From Chitinophagales bacterium (GTDB lineage Bacteria > Bacteroidota > Bacteroidia > Chitinophagales > LD1): a stretch of DNA of 64,000 nucleotides. The position numbers and the translations under genes were made by a program. Below the pieces are notes generated by a model. It saw nothing but the letters and a program-made list of their open reading frames with translations. It had not been told where the DNA came from and ran no database searches. Positions 36,672-45,133 of this stretch are shown here, piece after piece (position 1 is the first letter of the stretch; each line of letters begins with the position of its first letter). The DNA is taken from contig JANWXI010000001.1 in assembly GCA_025057415.1 (NCBI GenBank), positions 6,415-70,414 of the forward strand, in the 5' to 3' direction.

Positions 36672-38168
36672 CTAGTCCGTAACCGTTAGCCGGCCATAGT
36701 GGTACTTTTTGTTGTTTTTGGCGGATACGATTAACTTATCGTCAATTTTAAAAATGTAATTATAAATCATATCCGCTTCGCTGCTGTTCATGCTATGGCT
36801 ATTGTTGTAGATTAATTTACCTTTATTATCCAGGATGGCAATCATGATGTTGTTTCCGTCCGTATCATCGCTGCGGTAAGCAAGCAGCGTTTTGTTTGAA
36901 TTTAGCGTGTATAAGTTCGAGTTTCGGCCCGAGCTTCCGCTTCGGTATTTGTTCTGAATGCGCGTTTGAAAGAGTTGGTTGCCGGAACTGTCGAATCGGG
37001 TGATAAACTTGTCATTATAATGGTAAATGTAGTCTGTATGGATCTTGTTGCCCATATTGTACGTACGGACTTCTAAAAAATACTGGTCAAATATCAACGT
37101 AATAGTCCCGTCATCCGAAAAGTTCCAATCGCTCAGTTGAAGGCTATGAATCTCATTGTTTTTATCGTCTTTACTTTGTTTTTGGGAGGGGACGTTCATT
37201 TCGGGCCCAAAGGGGTAAGTTTTAATCATCTCGGTTTTCTGCTTCTCGGTGTTAAACTTTAATATAAAAGAACCATTAGCCCGTTCTTTTTTATTGGAAG
37301 TAAGAGTATAAACGCCTGCCAGGCAAAGAATGTTGTCGTTATACTTGTATTCGCATAAATCTAGTATCTCTTTATCGCTATCCAGGGTGAGTTTTATCTC
37401 TTTTGTCTCGTTCGGAGAAACGAAGTTCAGTGCATAGCGGTATTTTAAGGCACTTCCATCGTCTGATGATCCATAAATTTTGCAAAGCAGATAAACATTG
37501 CCGTTGTTGCTTACATCAATGCGGTTAAGTAGTACTTTTCTGTCTTTGTAGGGTAGTGTAACTTTCTTACTCCAAAGGGTTTTAAAATTTTCATCGGTTA
37601 CCAAAACAAAATAATTTTCCGTAGAGCGATTGGTGATACCGGTAGAGCTAACGAAAGATATTCGCGTACCGTTTTGGCTATTATCTATATGACCTAAATC
37701 GGAATCAAAGGATGTAAATACAGTGCTAAATGTGGGGATGTTGTAATCATGCTTGACAAATAATTTGGGTTGGCCGATAAATTTCCCATTCTTGGTGTCG
37801 AATTCCCAATAATAAAAACATCTTTTATCTTCAGATTTTATGTAACGACTCAAAATCAGGTATGTGCGTTTATCCGTGTCAAATGAGTTTTAAGCAGTTA
37901 GTTCTTCGCCATCGGCCCTTGGATCCAGTTCGGTTTCAGAAACCATGTTACAATTCCAGTCAAACTTCTGAAGTGTGTATTCTTTCTTCACTTTGTTTAA
38001 CATAAAAAAATGTGTGGCATTGTGGCCCATGAAAAATTTGGAAGACAGATACTGCGCAAAAAGCCCCCCGCCTTCTGTTTTGTACGTAGGACCCCACTTG
38101 ATGTTGACCTCTTGCGATACGGCCTGCAAGGCAACAAAAAATAACGGGAAGAGGATGTGACTTTTCAT
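36672..38168 (-). pseudogene. secreted ~498-aa hypothetical protein interrupted by one in-frame TAA (37890-37892)
   Basis: ORFs 37890..38168 (signal peptide MKSHILFPLFFVALQAVSQ) and 36672..37853 are in the same frame. The 12 codons between them (NSFDTDKRTYLI) are all sense. A single TAA separates them. Confidence 0.6.
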
Positions 38169-38350
38169 AACTTAAATTTTTAATCTGTTTTAAAAATGCG
38201 TTGGCAATATTATTAAAATTACTAATTCAGAGCTGACTTAATATGTTAAAATATTCACAGAATTATGGGCGGGGTTTGCCCGGATTACACGAGAGGTCAT
38301 TCATGTAAATCATGTGAAAAAATAAGTATCAGACAATAAATTTTAATCAT

Positions 38351-38358
38351 TACCTTTG
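38351..38358 (+). promoter_or_regulatory. candidate -7 box (TACCTTTG) for the amidase gene
   Basis: Matches TAnnTTTG, 20 nt upstream of the ATG at 38378. No clear -33 TTTG. Confidence 0.25.
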
Positions 38359-38377
38359 AAGCTCAACCCCCCTGGCT

Positions 38378-40705
38378 ATGAAAAATCTCTACTTCTTCCT
38401 GGCATTGGCGCCGCTGTTTGTTTTTGCCGGCCATGAAACCGATAACCCGTATCGCGAGTTTTTTGAAGCGGCTTATCGGGAGTATCCCTCGGTGCCGCGC
38501 GGTATTTTAGAAGCGGTTGCTTTTAATGCTACTCGCATGCACCACATTCTGCCCGAAGAACAGAGTGAAAGTTGCATAGGGCTTCCCAAAGTTTATGGTG
38601 TGATGGGACTTACGCTTGACGGCAAAGGATACTTTCATAATAACCTGGTAAGCGTTTCGGAGCTCTCCGGTTTCTCTGCAGATAAAATTATTGATGACCC
38701 CGCTACATGCATTATGGCGTATGCAAAAGCATACTCAATGATACAAAAGCAAAAAAACATCAATACCACAGATATTGCTGCACAAATTCCCGTACTTACT
38801 GAACTCAGCGAGCTACCCGATTTAGGCGATTTACACACAAACTTTGCCCTGCAGTCGCATTTGTACTCCGTACTGAAAATAATGGATGATGATGCTTTGC
38901 GGGTTAGGTTTAACATACCTAAGCATAAGATTGATTTTTCTGCAATTTTCGGTGAGAATAATCTGCGAATTCTCTCTGCCCCTTACCTGATTGTAACCGA
39001 AAATGAAATCCGCACCCGGGACGGCAGCACATTTTTTGTCCCGAAACCTATAGAGGGCGACAGCCGTTCCGCTGATTACGGACCGGCCCTATGGAATCCG
39101 GCGGCATCTTGTAACTATGGCACCGGGCGTAGCGCTACCATTTCATCCGTAGCCATACACACGGTTGAAGGAAGTTATGCAGGGTGTATCTCCTGGTTTA
39201 AAAATTGCAATGCAGGGGTATCGGCTCATTACGTGGTGCGGTCTTCCGATGGGCAAATCACCCAGATGGTGTTGGAATCAAATACAGCTTATCACGTGGC
39301 AGGGCACAACAGCTATACCATCGGTATTGAGCACGAAGGATACGTAAATCAATCGGGCTGGTACACTACCGCGCTGTACAATGCATCCGCCAACCTAGTA
39401 AAAGACATATGTAGTGATTACAGTATCGATCCTGCCACCTGTTACAACGGCGCATCCTGTGCCTGCCAGCAAACTCTCTCTACTTCCATTAAGATTAAAG
39501 GGCACCAACACTACGCTATTACCAATGGCAAAACCGACCCCGGTCAATACTGGAACTGGTCAACCTTTTACAACTTAGTGAATAACATTAGCGCTTGTGG
39601 TACCCCCTCAGGGCTATCCGCCTCGGGTGTAACATCCTCATCGGCTACTCTCAACTGGTCATCGGTAAGCGGAGCCGTCAGTTACAACATCCAATATAAA
39701 ACCACCACTTCAACTACTTGGATTACCACCACCTCTACTACCAATACCAAAACTATCAGCGGATTGAGCCACTCCACTACGTATCAATTTAAAGTACAGG
39801 CGGTGTGCTCCGGTAACACAGGCGCCTACTCTGCCGAAGCAATCTTTACTACAGCGGCACCACCCCCCACAACCATACAGGTGGGCAGTGGCACCAGTCC
39901 GTACTCTGCACATCCTTTCAGTACCGTGTGGATGGATGAGCGCACGCAGTACATCATCACCAAAAGCGAACTGCAAGCCGCCGGCTGGAACCCTTCACAA
40001 CCATACCTGAAATCGTTGGCAATTAACATTACCACCGCCTCTACGCAAACCATGAACGGTTTCACGGTTACTATAGCCCACACCTCCGCTACCAATTTCA
40101 ATAACAGCACATCTTTCATCACCGGCAGCAATACCACCACTGTTTACTCAGGTACTTTTACAGCAGCTACAGGTTGGCGCACCATACAATTCAGCACCCC
40201 CTTCTATTACAACGGTACCAGCAATTTGCTCATCAACATTTGTTTCAACAACAGTACCTACACCACTAATTCTGCCGTGCAGGCCTTCAGCTATCCCGAT
40301 AATGTTGCGCTTTACCACCGGGCCGATTTGGCAAGTGGCAGCGTTTGCAATATAACTACCGGCACCCAGAGTTATTATCGCCCTAACTTTCGTCTTACTT
40401 TTCACACCACCGCCAATAAAACCGATGAAACTGATATGCCTGAGAGTGAATTAACAGAATGGAACGTTTACCCTAACCCTATGGGGAACACCGTATCGCT
40501 TAGCGGTTCATTAACGCACGATACGCATATACGCGTCCGCTTTAATGATTTATCGGGTCGCATCATTACAGAAAGGCGCTTGTATGCTCCTGCCGGAAAT
40601 TTCAACAGCGAAATGGATGTAAGTGTACTGCCGGTTGGCGCCTACATCATTACAGTTGGCAACGAAAACCGACTTCTGTACAAAAAGTTAGTACTGAAAA
40701 ATTAA
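38378..40705 (+). CDS. secreted N-acetylmuramoyl-L-alanine amidase (amidase_2/PGRP fold) with FN3, an unnamed module and T9SS type A sorting domain
   Basis: Signal peptide. Amidase_2 region IHTVEGSY...VSAHYVVRSSDGQITQMV...AYHVAGHNSYTIGIEHEG...GKTDPG. FN3 (PSGLSASGVTSSSATLNWSSVSGAVSYNIQYK...YQFKVQAVC). C-terminal WNVYPNPMGNTVSLSG...GAYIITV...KKLVLKN. Confidence 0.85.
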   Translation: MKNLYFFLALAPLFVFAGHETDNPYREFFEAAYREYPSVPRGILEAVAFNATRMHHILPEEQSESCIGLPKVYGVMGLTLDGKGYFHNNLVSVSELSGFSADKIIDDPATCIMAYAKAYSMIQKQKNINTTDIAAQIPVLTELSELPDLGDLHTNFALQSHLYSVLKIMDDDALRVRFNIPKHKIDFSAIFGENNLRILSAPYLIVTENEIRTRDGSTFFVPKPIEGDSRSADYGPALWNPAASCNYGTGRSATISSVAIHTVEGSYAGCISWFKNCNAGVSAHYVVRSSDGQITQMVLESNTAYHVAGHNSYTIGIEHEGYVNQSGWYTTALYNASANLVKDICSDYSIDPATCYNGASCACQQTLSTSIKIKGHQHYAITNGKTDPGQYWNWSTFYNLVNNISACGTPSGLSASGVTSSSATLNWSSVSGAVSYNIQYKTTTSTTWITTTSTTNTKTISGLSHSTTYQFKVQAVCSGNTGAYSAEAIFTTAAPPPTTIQVGSGTSPYSAHPFSTVWMDERTQYIITKSELQAAGWNPSQPYLKSLAINITTASTQTMNGFTVTIAHTSATNFNNSTSFITGSNTTTVYSGTFTAATGWRTIQFSTPFYYNGTSNLLINICFNNSTYTTNSAVQAFSYPDNVALYHRADLASGSVCNITTGTQSYYRPNFRLTFHTTANKTDETDMPESELTEWNVYPNPMGNTVSLSGSLTHDTHIRVRFNDLSGRIITERRLYAPAGNFNSEMDVSVLPVGAYIITVGNENRLLYKKLVLKN

Positions 40706-40710
40706 ATGCT

Positions 40711-40740
40711 AAACGCGCCGCAATCACGGCGCGTTTTTAT
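40711..40740 (+). terminator. rho-independent terminator after the amidase gene
   Basis: Stem AAACGCGCCG / CGGCGCGTTT with loop CAATCA, followed by T-rich sequence. Confidence 0.75.
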
Positions 40741-40745
40741 TTCAG

Positions 40746-40818
40746 AGCGGCAGACGGGTCTCGAACCCGCAACCTTTAGCTTGGGAAGCTAAAGCTCTAC
40801 CTATTGAGCTACTGCCGC
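40746..40818 (-). tRNA. tRNA-Gly (anticodon CCC)
   Basis: Hand-folded 73-nt cloverleaf on the minus strand: acceptor GCGGCAG/CTGCCGC, anticodon stem-loop TTAGC-TTCCCAA-GCTAA, T arm GCGGG-TTCGAGA-CCCGT, discriminator U. No encoded CCA. Confidence 0.9.
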
Positions 40819-40912
40819 AAAAGAGCGTGTGGTAAAAGTAAGCAAAGCTCCCGATGTATGCAACCACCGCGACACAAACCTTTTCCCGGCATGGTTCACA
40901 GATAATTGCATG

Positions 40913-41563
40913 CTATTCATTTTCAAAAAAGGGCTTCAGTAATTTTATCTCGTTGCGATACAATAAAAGCAAACCGTTGTTTTCAAATTGTTTCAGGATA
41001 CGCGACACCACTACCCGTGTGGTAGCCAGCTCGTCTGCAATTTTGTGGTGCGAAACTTTTATGACAGTGCTTCCCGTACGTTCGCTTTTCGAGCGCAGAT
41101 ATTCGCGGATGCGTTTATCCATGTTGCCAAATGCCATGATGTCAACTGAGTGTAGCAACTCTAAAAAACGATCGTTAAAACTATTGAAGATGTAATTTCG
41201 CCAGGATGTGTATTGGCAAAGCCAGTCGTTTAGTTTCACATAGGGAACTGCAATCAGAGTACCGTCTTCTTCTGCCACAGCTTTCACTTCGCTTTTTTTG
41301 GCAGTCATACAACAACCATACGCCATACTGCAGCTTTCGCTGTCTGACAAGTAGTACAGCAGAATTTCTTTTCCGTTTTCATCCTGGCGCATCACCTTCA
41401 CCGTTCCTTTCAGAATAATCGGCATGGAACGAACGTACTTCCCGTAGTCCATGATGACATCACCTGCATGAAAATGGATCAGGTCGCCATACTGAAATAA
41501 CTCCTTGACCAGTTCAGGTTCCAGTATCGTTTGTAATTTTGAAATGTGTGCTTCCTCTATCAT
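40913..41563 (-). CDS. Crp/Fnr family transcriptional regulator
   Basis: N-terminal cNMP-binding-like beta-roll (GDVIMDYGKYVRSMPIILKGTVKV...EILLYYL) and C-terminal HTH (ISHHKIADELATTRVVVSRILKQFENNGLL). No Fnr-type N-terminal Cys cluster. Confidence 0.85.
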   Translation of the reverse strand: MIEEAHISKLQTILEPELVKELFQYGDLIHFHAGDVIMDYGKYVRSMPIILKGTVKVMRQDENGKEILLYYLSDSESCSMAYGCCMTAKKSEVKAVAEEDGTLIAVPYVKLNDWLCQYTSWRNYIFNSFNDRFLELLHSVDIMAFGNMDKRIREYLRSKSERTGSTVIKVSHHKIADELATTRVVVSRILKQFENNGLLLLYRNEIKLLKPFFENE

Positions 41564-41841
41564 TTAACACAAACAGTATATGGGCAAATGATTCACACGC
41601 TCAAAGATAGTAATTCCACTCACCAAAAAGATAGAATTGGCATTATTCATTGACTTGTTATGTTAAAGAGATAAACCTTTCAGCAAAAAATAGTGCGAAA
41701 CAGCAACACGCAATACATTCAATCTGCCCGATTTACCTTGGGCCCTCATTTTCTTCATCAAAACACAATAATATACTTCCACATAAATCGTTAATATATT
41801 AAAACAGGAAAATGTGAAACGATTACATTAAAGCTAACATA

Positions 41842-42741
41842 ATGTTACTCCGTGCAACGCTTTTATGCGGTTTACTATGTTTATGCGGTCAAATTTATGC
41901 TGGTAATACCGCTGTCGCATTACACGAAGCCGTGCAGAGAGGCCTTGTAAGGGCACAAATTAAAGGTGCACTTCCCGACACTACATACACGGGAGAATAC
42001 TCGTCTAACTATGGGCCATGCTTAGCCATGCATCTCAGCAACACTAGTTCCGGGCGAATTGCCATAAACTTGAAACATGGATATGTACTCGTTCCTGACG
42101 ATACCAACGTACAAAACATGATGGTGACAAAAGATATTACATTCACTCTCGAGGCAAATCAATATAAGCGTTTCCGTATATTTGCTATGTGCGTTGAGGC
42201 AAGCAATGCCGCACCTCAAGAAAAATCCTTATTTAAACTCGGGAAGCGCGCTGAGGGTAATTTGCTGGCAATAGCTGAATACATTAACCGAAAGAACTAT
42301 CAAAACCGTGCCGCGCAGCAGGCGGTGTGGTGTATTACTGATAGTAAACCGTTGTCCGCAATCAGTTGTAGTGACACGGCAGTCATGAATGACCTACGCA
42401 GGTATGTAGCGAGTTTATTAAAAATTCCCGTGGAACAAGCTATGAACCCGTTTTCCCATCACAGCAGCGCTCAACTGCATTTCAGACAGGTAATATTCAC
42501 CGGATCTATCGGGTATAGTTTACCCAGCCCGAAAAAAGTAATGATTGCATTGTTTGATGAACAAAACCGCATGAAGGTTGTGTATGTAAATGAAATGCAA
42601 CGCCCCGGTGAATATACATACCAATACAAGATAAACAGCAGCGATTTGAGTGGCAAAAAGCATTACCTGCGAGCTTATCACGATGGTGTGCCGGTACGCG
42701 AAATAACGCTGAATGATACCGTTAGGAATTCATCTCAATAA
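41842..42741 (+). CDS. secreted hypothetical protein
   Basis: ATG start and signal peptide (LLCGLLCLCGQIYAG). 299 aa. No recognisable motif. Confidence 0.55.
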   Translation: MLLRATLLCGLLCLCGQIYAGNTAVALHEAVQRGLVRAQIKGALPDTTYTGEYSSNYGPCLAMHLSNTSSGRIAINLKHGYVLVPDDTNVQNMMVTKDITFTLEANQYKRFRIFAMCVEASNAAPQEKSLFKLGKRAEGNLLAIAEYINRKNYQNRAAQQAVWCITDSKPLSAISCSDTAVMNDLRRYVASLLKIPVEQAMNPFSHHSSAQLHFRQVIFTGSIGYSLPSPKKVMIALFDEQNRMKVVYVNEMQRPGEYTYQYKINSSDLSGKKHYLRAYHDGVPVREITLNDTVRNSSQ

Positions 42742-42929
42742 CAATTGCCACAGGTTTACTGTTTTTTACTTCATCAGATACAGATTGTGAATTCTCTGAG
42801 AGTAGTTTAACTGTGTTAAGGTGGCTCATCTTATTCTTTTTCAGTAATATAAGGATAATACAAAACGATTCTCTCTAATAATCGTTTATATAAATAATAA
42901 GGTATTTTTTTATTTAAAAAATAATACTG

Positions 42930-42937
42930 TAAGTTTG
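42930..42937 (+). promoter_or_regulatory. candidate -7 box (TAAGTTTG) for the PHM-like T9SS cargo gene
   Basis: Matches TAnnTTTG, 27 nt upstream of the ATG at 42964, in a very AT-rich spacer. Confidence 0.3.
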
Positions 42938-42963
42938 TGTGATGTAAGCTCCAAATAAATAAC

Positions 42964-44661
42964 ATGAAAAAACTAAAACTATTCTTTCTTGCTATTACCG
43001 GATGCAATTTAATATTTGCGCAAACCCCGTTTGAGCGAGTTTACACCATACTCAACACAAAGTGTCAAAATGCCAATTGCCACAGCTCAACCTCTAACGA
43101 CTTTCCGAAATTTGACGGTAACTTAGATGATGTTTACGCCGCTATTTACAATGTTCCCCCGCAAAACACAACGGCAAAAAACAAGTTTGAGAAACTAGTT
43201 AAACCTGGTCACCCTTACATGAGCTTCTTGCTTCGCAAAATTGCCGGTGCCGGCTTTGACACCGACCTGGCTCTTGAAAACAGCGAGGGCCAATTGATGA
43301 AAGACATCAACGGCAACGTTCTTTCAAACAAAGAGATTGAGTTCATCAGGCAGTGGATAATGTTCAGCGCTAAGAAGAACTACGGCAACAACGACTTTAA
43401 ACCTGATTGGCAGTTAGTGAGTGATTACTACGACAATCCTGTCAACCCCTTTCTCCCTAAACCGCCTAAACCGGCACCCGGTACCGGCTTGCAGTTTCGG
43501 ATGGGGCCGATCTTCTTACCGGCTACCGGAGAGATAGAGCAGGAGTGGTTGCTGCAGCAGGAAGTGAATTTTCCCTATCTGCCGGAGGTGTATCGTATTG
43601 ATGGTTTCATGAACCAGCAATCGCATCATTTCCTTTTGTTCAAATTTGAGGACTCTTCGGCTGTGGATAGAAACAGCAACGACCCTATGGGCATGCAAAA
43701 AGTTTCTATCACCGGCGGTAGCACTTCGTTTGACGGAGACAAATTTCTCACAAGCGCCTGGCAGGATGATGCTGAGTTTCTGTTGCCTCAAAATACAGCG
43801 CTCTTCTGGGAGCAGAAGACCTACCTGGATATGAATTACCATATAAAAAACTACAATGCCACTGGTGTGTTGCCGTGTGACTTCTACTACAACATTTATT
43901 TCCGTCCGCGCAATCCCAATACAATTGAAATGAAAGCACACCTGGCGAATGACGTTACTTTGTTCCTGCCCCAGGGTGTGCAATCCAACGACTTTGAAGA
44001 CCCCGCCAATTCCCTTATCACTCCTGAATGGCGGTACTTGTGGCTTATTACATCTCACACACACAAATACGGCATTGACTTTGACATCTTTATTAAAGAT
44101 AGCTTAGGCAATATTGGTGAACAGATTTATGAGGGCTTCATGAATTATACCACAGGCGAGATGAGTAATTACTACGACTGGGAGCACCCTTCCGTTCGGT
44201 ACTTTCCTGATTTTCTGCCTGTAAAATTTGGACGTCATGGCACAAAACGAGCGGGTCTGTTATCGCGGGCAAAATGGAACATTCAGGAACCCTTTGTCAC
44301 TTTTGGCTTTACTACCGATGACGAGATGCACCTCTTCTACTACTTCTACACCAGTGAAAACCCGCTTGCCACCTCTTCCGTCAACAATCCCGATGCCAGC
44401 AAGCTCTCATTGCAGGTTTATCCCAACCCGATGACCGGACATGGCACAGTGATGTACCATTTAGAAAAAGACGCAAAAAAGGTTTCTATCCGCATTACCG
44501 ACTTAACAGGTAAGGTAATTGCATCCTTCGATGAAACATTCCAACCGGCCGGCTTGCAACAACAGCCACTTGACTTGCAGGGTATAGCCGATGGCGTATA
44601 TCTGGTACATGTAAATGTTGACGGAAACCTGTACACCAGCAAATTTATAGTAGCTAAGTAA
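42964..44661 (+). CDS. T9SS type A cargo with PHM/DBH-like (copper type II ascorbate-dependent monooxygenase-like) histidine/methionine signature
   Basis: Signal peptide. SHHFLLF (H221, H222), NYHIKNY (H293), SHTHKYG (H365, H367), TDDEMHLFYYFY (M455). C-terminal LQVYPNPMTGHGTV...GVYLVHVNVDGNLYTSKFIVAK sorting domain. The CDS itself is solid; the function is inferred. Confidence 0.7.
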   Translation: MKKLKLFFLAITGCNLIFAQTPFERVYTILNTKCQNANCHSSTSNDFPKFDGNLDDVYAAIYNVPPQNTTAKNKFEKLVKPGHPYMSFLLRKIAGAGFDTDLALENSEGQLMKDINGNVLSNKEIEFIRQWIMFSAKKNYGNNDFKPDWQLVSDYYDNPVNPFLPKPPKPAPGTGLQFRMGPIFLPATGEIEQEWLLQQEVNFPYLPEVYRIDGFMNQQSHHFLLFKFEDSSAVDRNSNDPMGMQKVSITGGSTSFDGDKFLTSAWQDDAEFLLPQNTALFWEQKTYLDMNYHIKNYNATGVLPCDFYYNIYFRPRNPNTIEMKAHLANDVTLFLPQGVQSNDFEDPANSLITPEWRYLWLITSHTHKYGIDFDIFIKDSLGNIGEQIYEGFMNYTTGEMSNYYDWEHPSVRYFPDFLPVKFGRHGTKRAGLLSRAKWNIQEPFVTFGFTTDDEMHLFYYFYTSENPLATSSVNNPDASKLSLQVYPNPMTGHGTVMYHLEKDAKKVSIRITDLTGKVIASFDETFQPAGLQQQPLDLQGIADGVYLVHVNVDGNLYTSKFIVAK

Positions 44662-44692
44662 TCTCGCTACAATCGCAAAACTACCCGATTGA

Positions 44693-44724
44693 AAATGCCA
44701 GCCCTGAGGTTGGCATTTGTTTTA
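44693..44724 (+). terminator. rho-independent terminator after the PHM-like gene
   Basis: Stem AATGCCA / TGGCATT with a 10-nt loop, followed by TGTTTT. Confidence 0.7.
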
Positions 44725-44761
44725 AATATGACCTTAATTCTGTGGAGTCGCCAGTTGCGGA

Positions 44762-45124
44762 TTATTCAATAAATTTTTTACGGGCATGTTCATATACAGG
44801 CACAGCTTCGCGGTACGATTTAAACCATAAAATACGATGAAGCGGGGGCTGATACTGTAGCGACTCATCGCTGAGGGCAGGGTCATCAGCCCGGCAGTGA
44901 AGCGCAATGCCGCTCAGAATACTCACGGGCACGGCTTGCAATACCACACAGAAGTCGTCTCCGTGTTTTTCGAGCGAGAGCAATAATCCTTTGCCGTTGT
45001 TTTCGCTTTGCCGGATAATTCTTGTCATGATGGTTTGCTTTAGCAAAAGCAAACATACCTGTGCAGTACGCAATGGAAATGCGCAGAAAAAATAACTCCA
45101 AACATCATCCGTAATCAGGGACAC
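44762..45124 (-). CDS. small hypothetical protein downstream of the helicase (start uncertain: 45124 or ATG at 45028)
   Basis: ORF only; no motif recognised. It sits 10 nt (long form) or 105 nt (88-aa form, MTRIIRQ...) after the helicase stop, on the same strand. Confidence 0.35.
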   Translation of the reverse strand: MSLITDDVWSYFFCAFPLRTAQVCLLLLKQTIMTRIIRQSENNGKGLLLSLEKHGDDFCVVLQAVPVSILSGIALHCRADDPALSDESLQYQPPLHRILWFKSYREAVPVYEHARKKFIE

Positions 45125-45133
45125 ATTCCCATT

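Noticed and set aside
41812-41826. CRP-like site TGTGA-N5-TTACA just upstream of the 41842 gene and near the Crp/Fnr regulator gene
   Set aside because: The spacing is N5 rather than the N6 of TGTGA-N6-TCACA, and the second half-site has a mismatch. The site sits only ~15 nt before the ATG. The binding motif of this Bacteroidota regulator is unknown.
43063-43083. CQNANCH as a c-type haem attachment site
   Set aside because: Canonical covalent haem binding needs CXXCH. CX4CH is rare and needs dedicated lyases. With a single motif and no cytochrome-like context I treat it only as a conserved Cys/His motif of unknown role.
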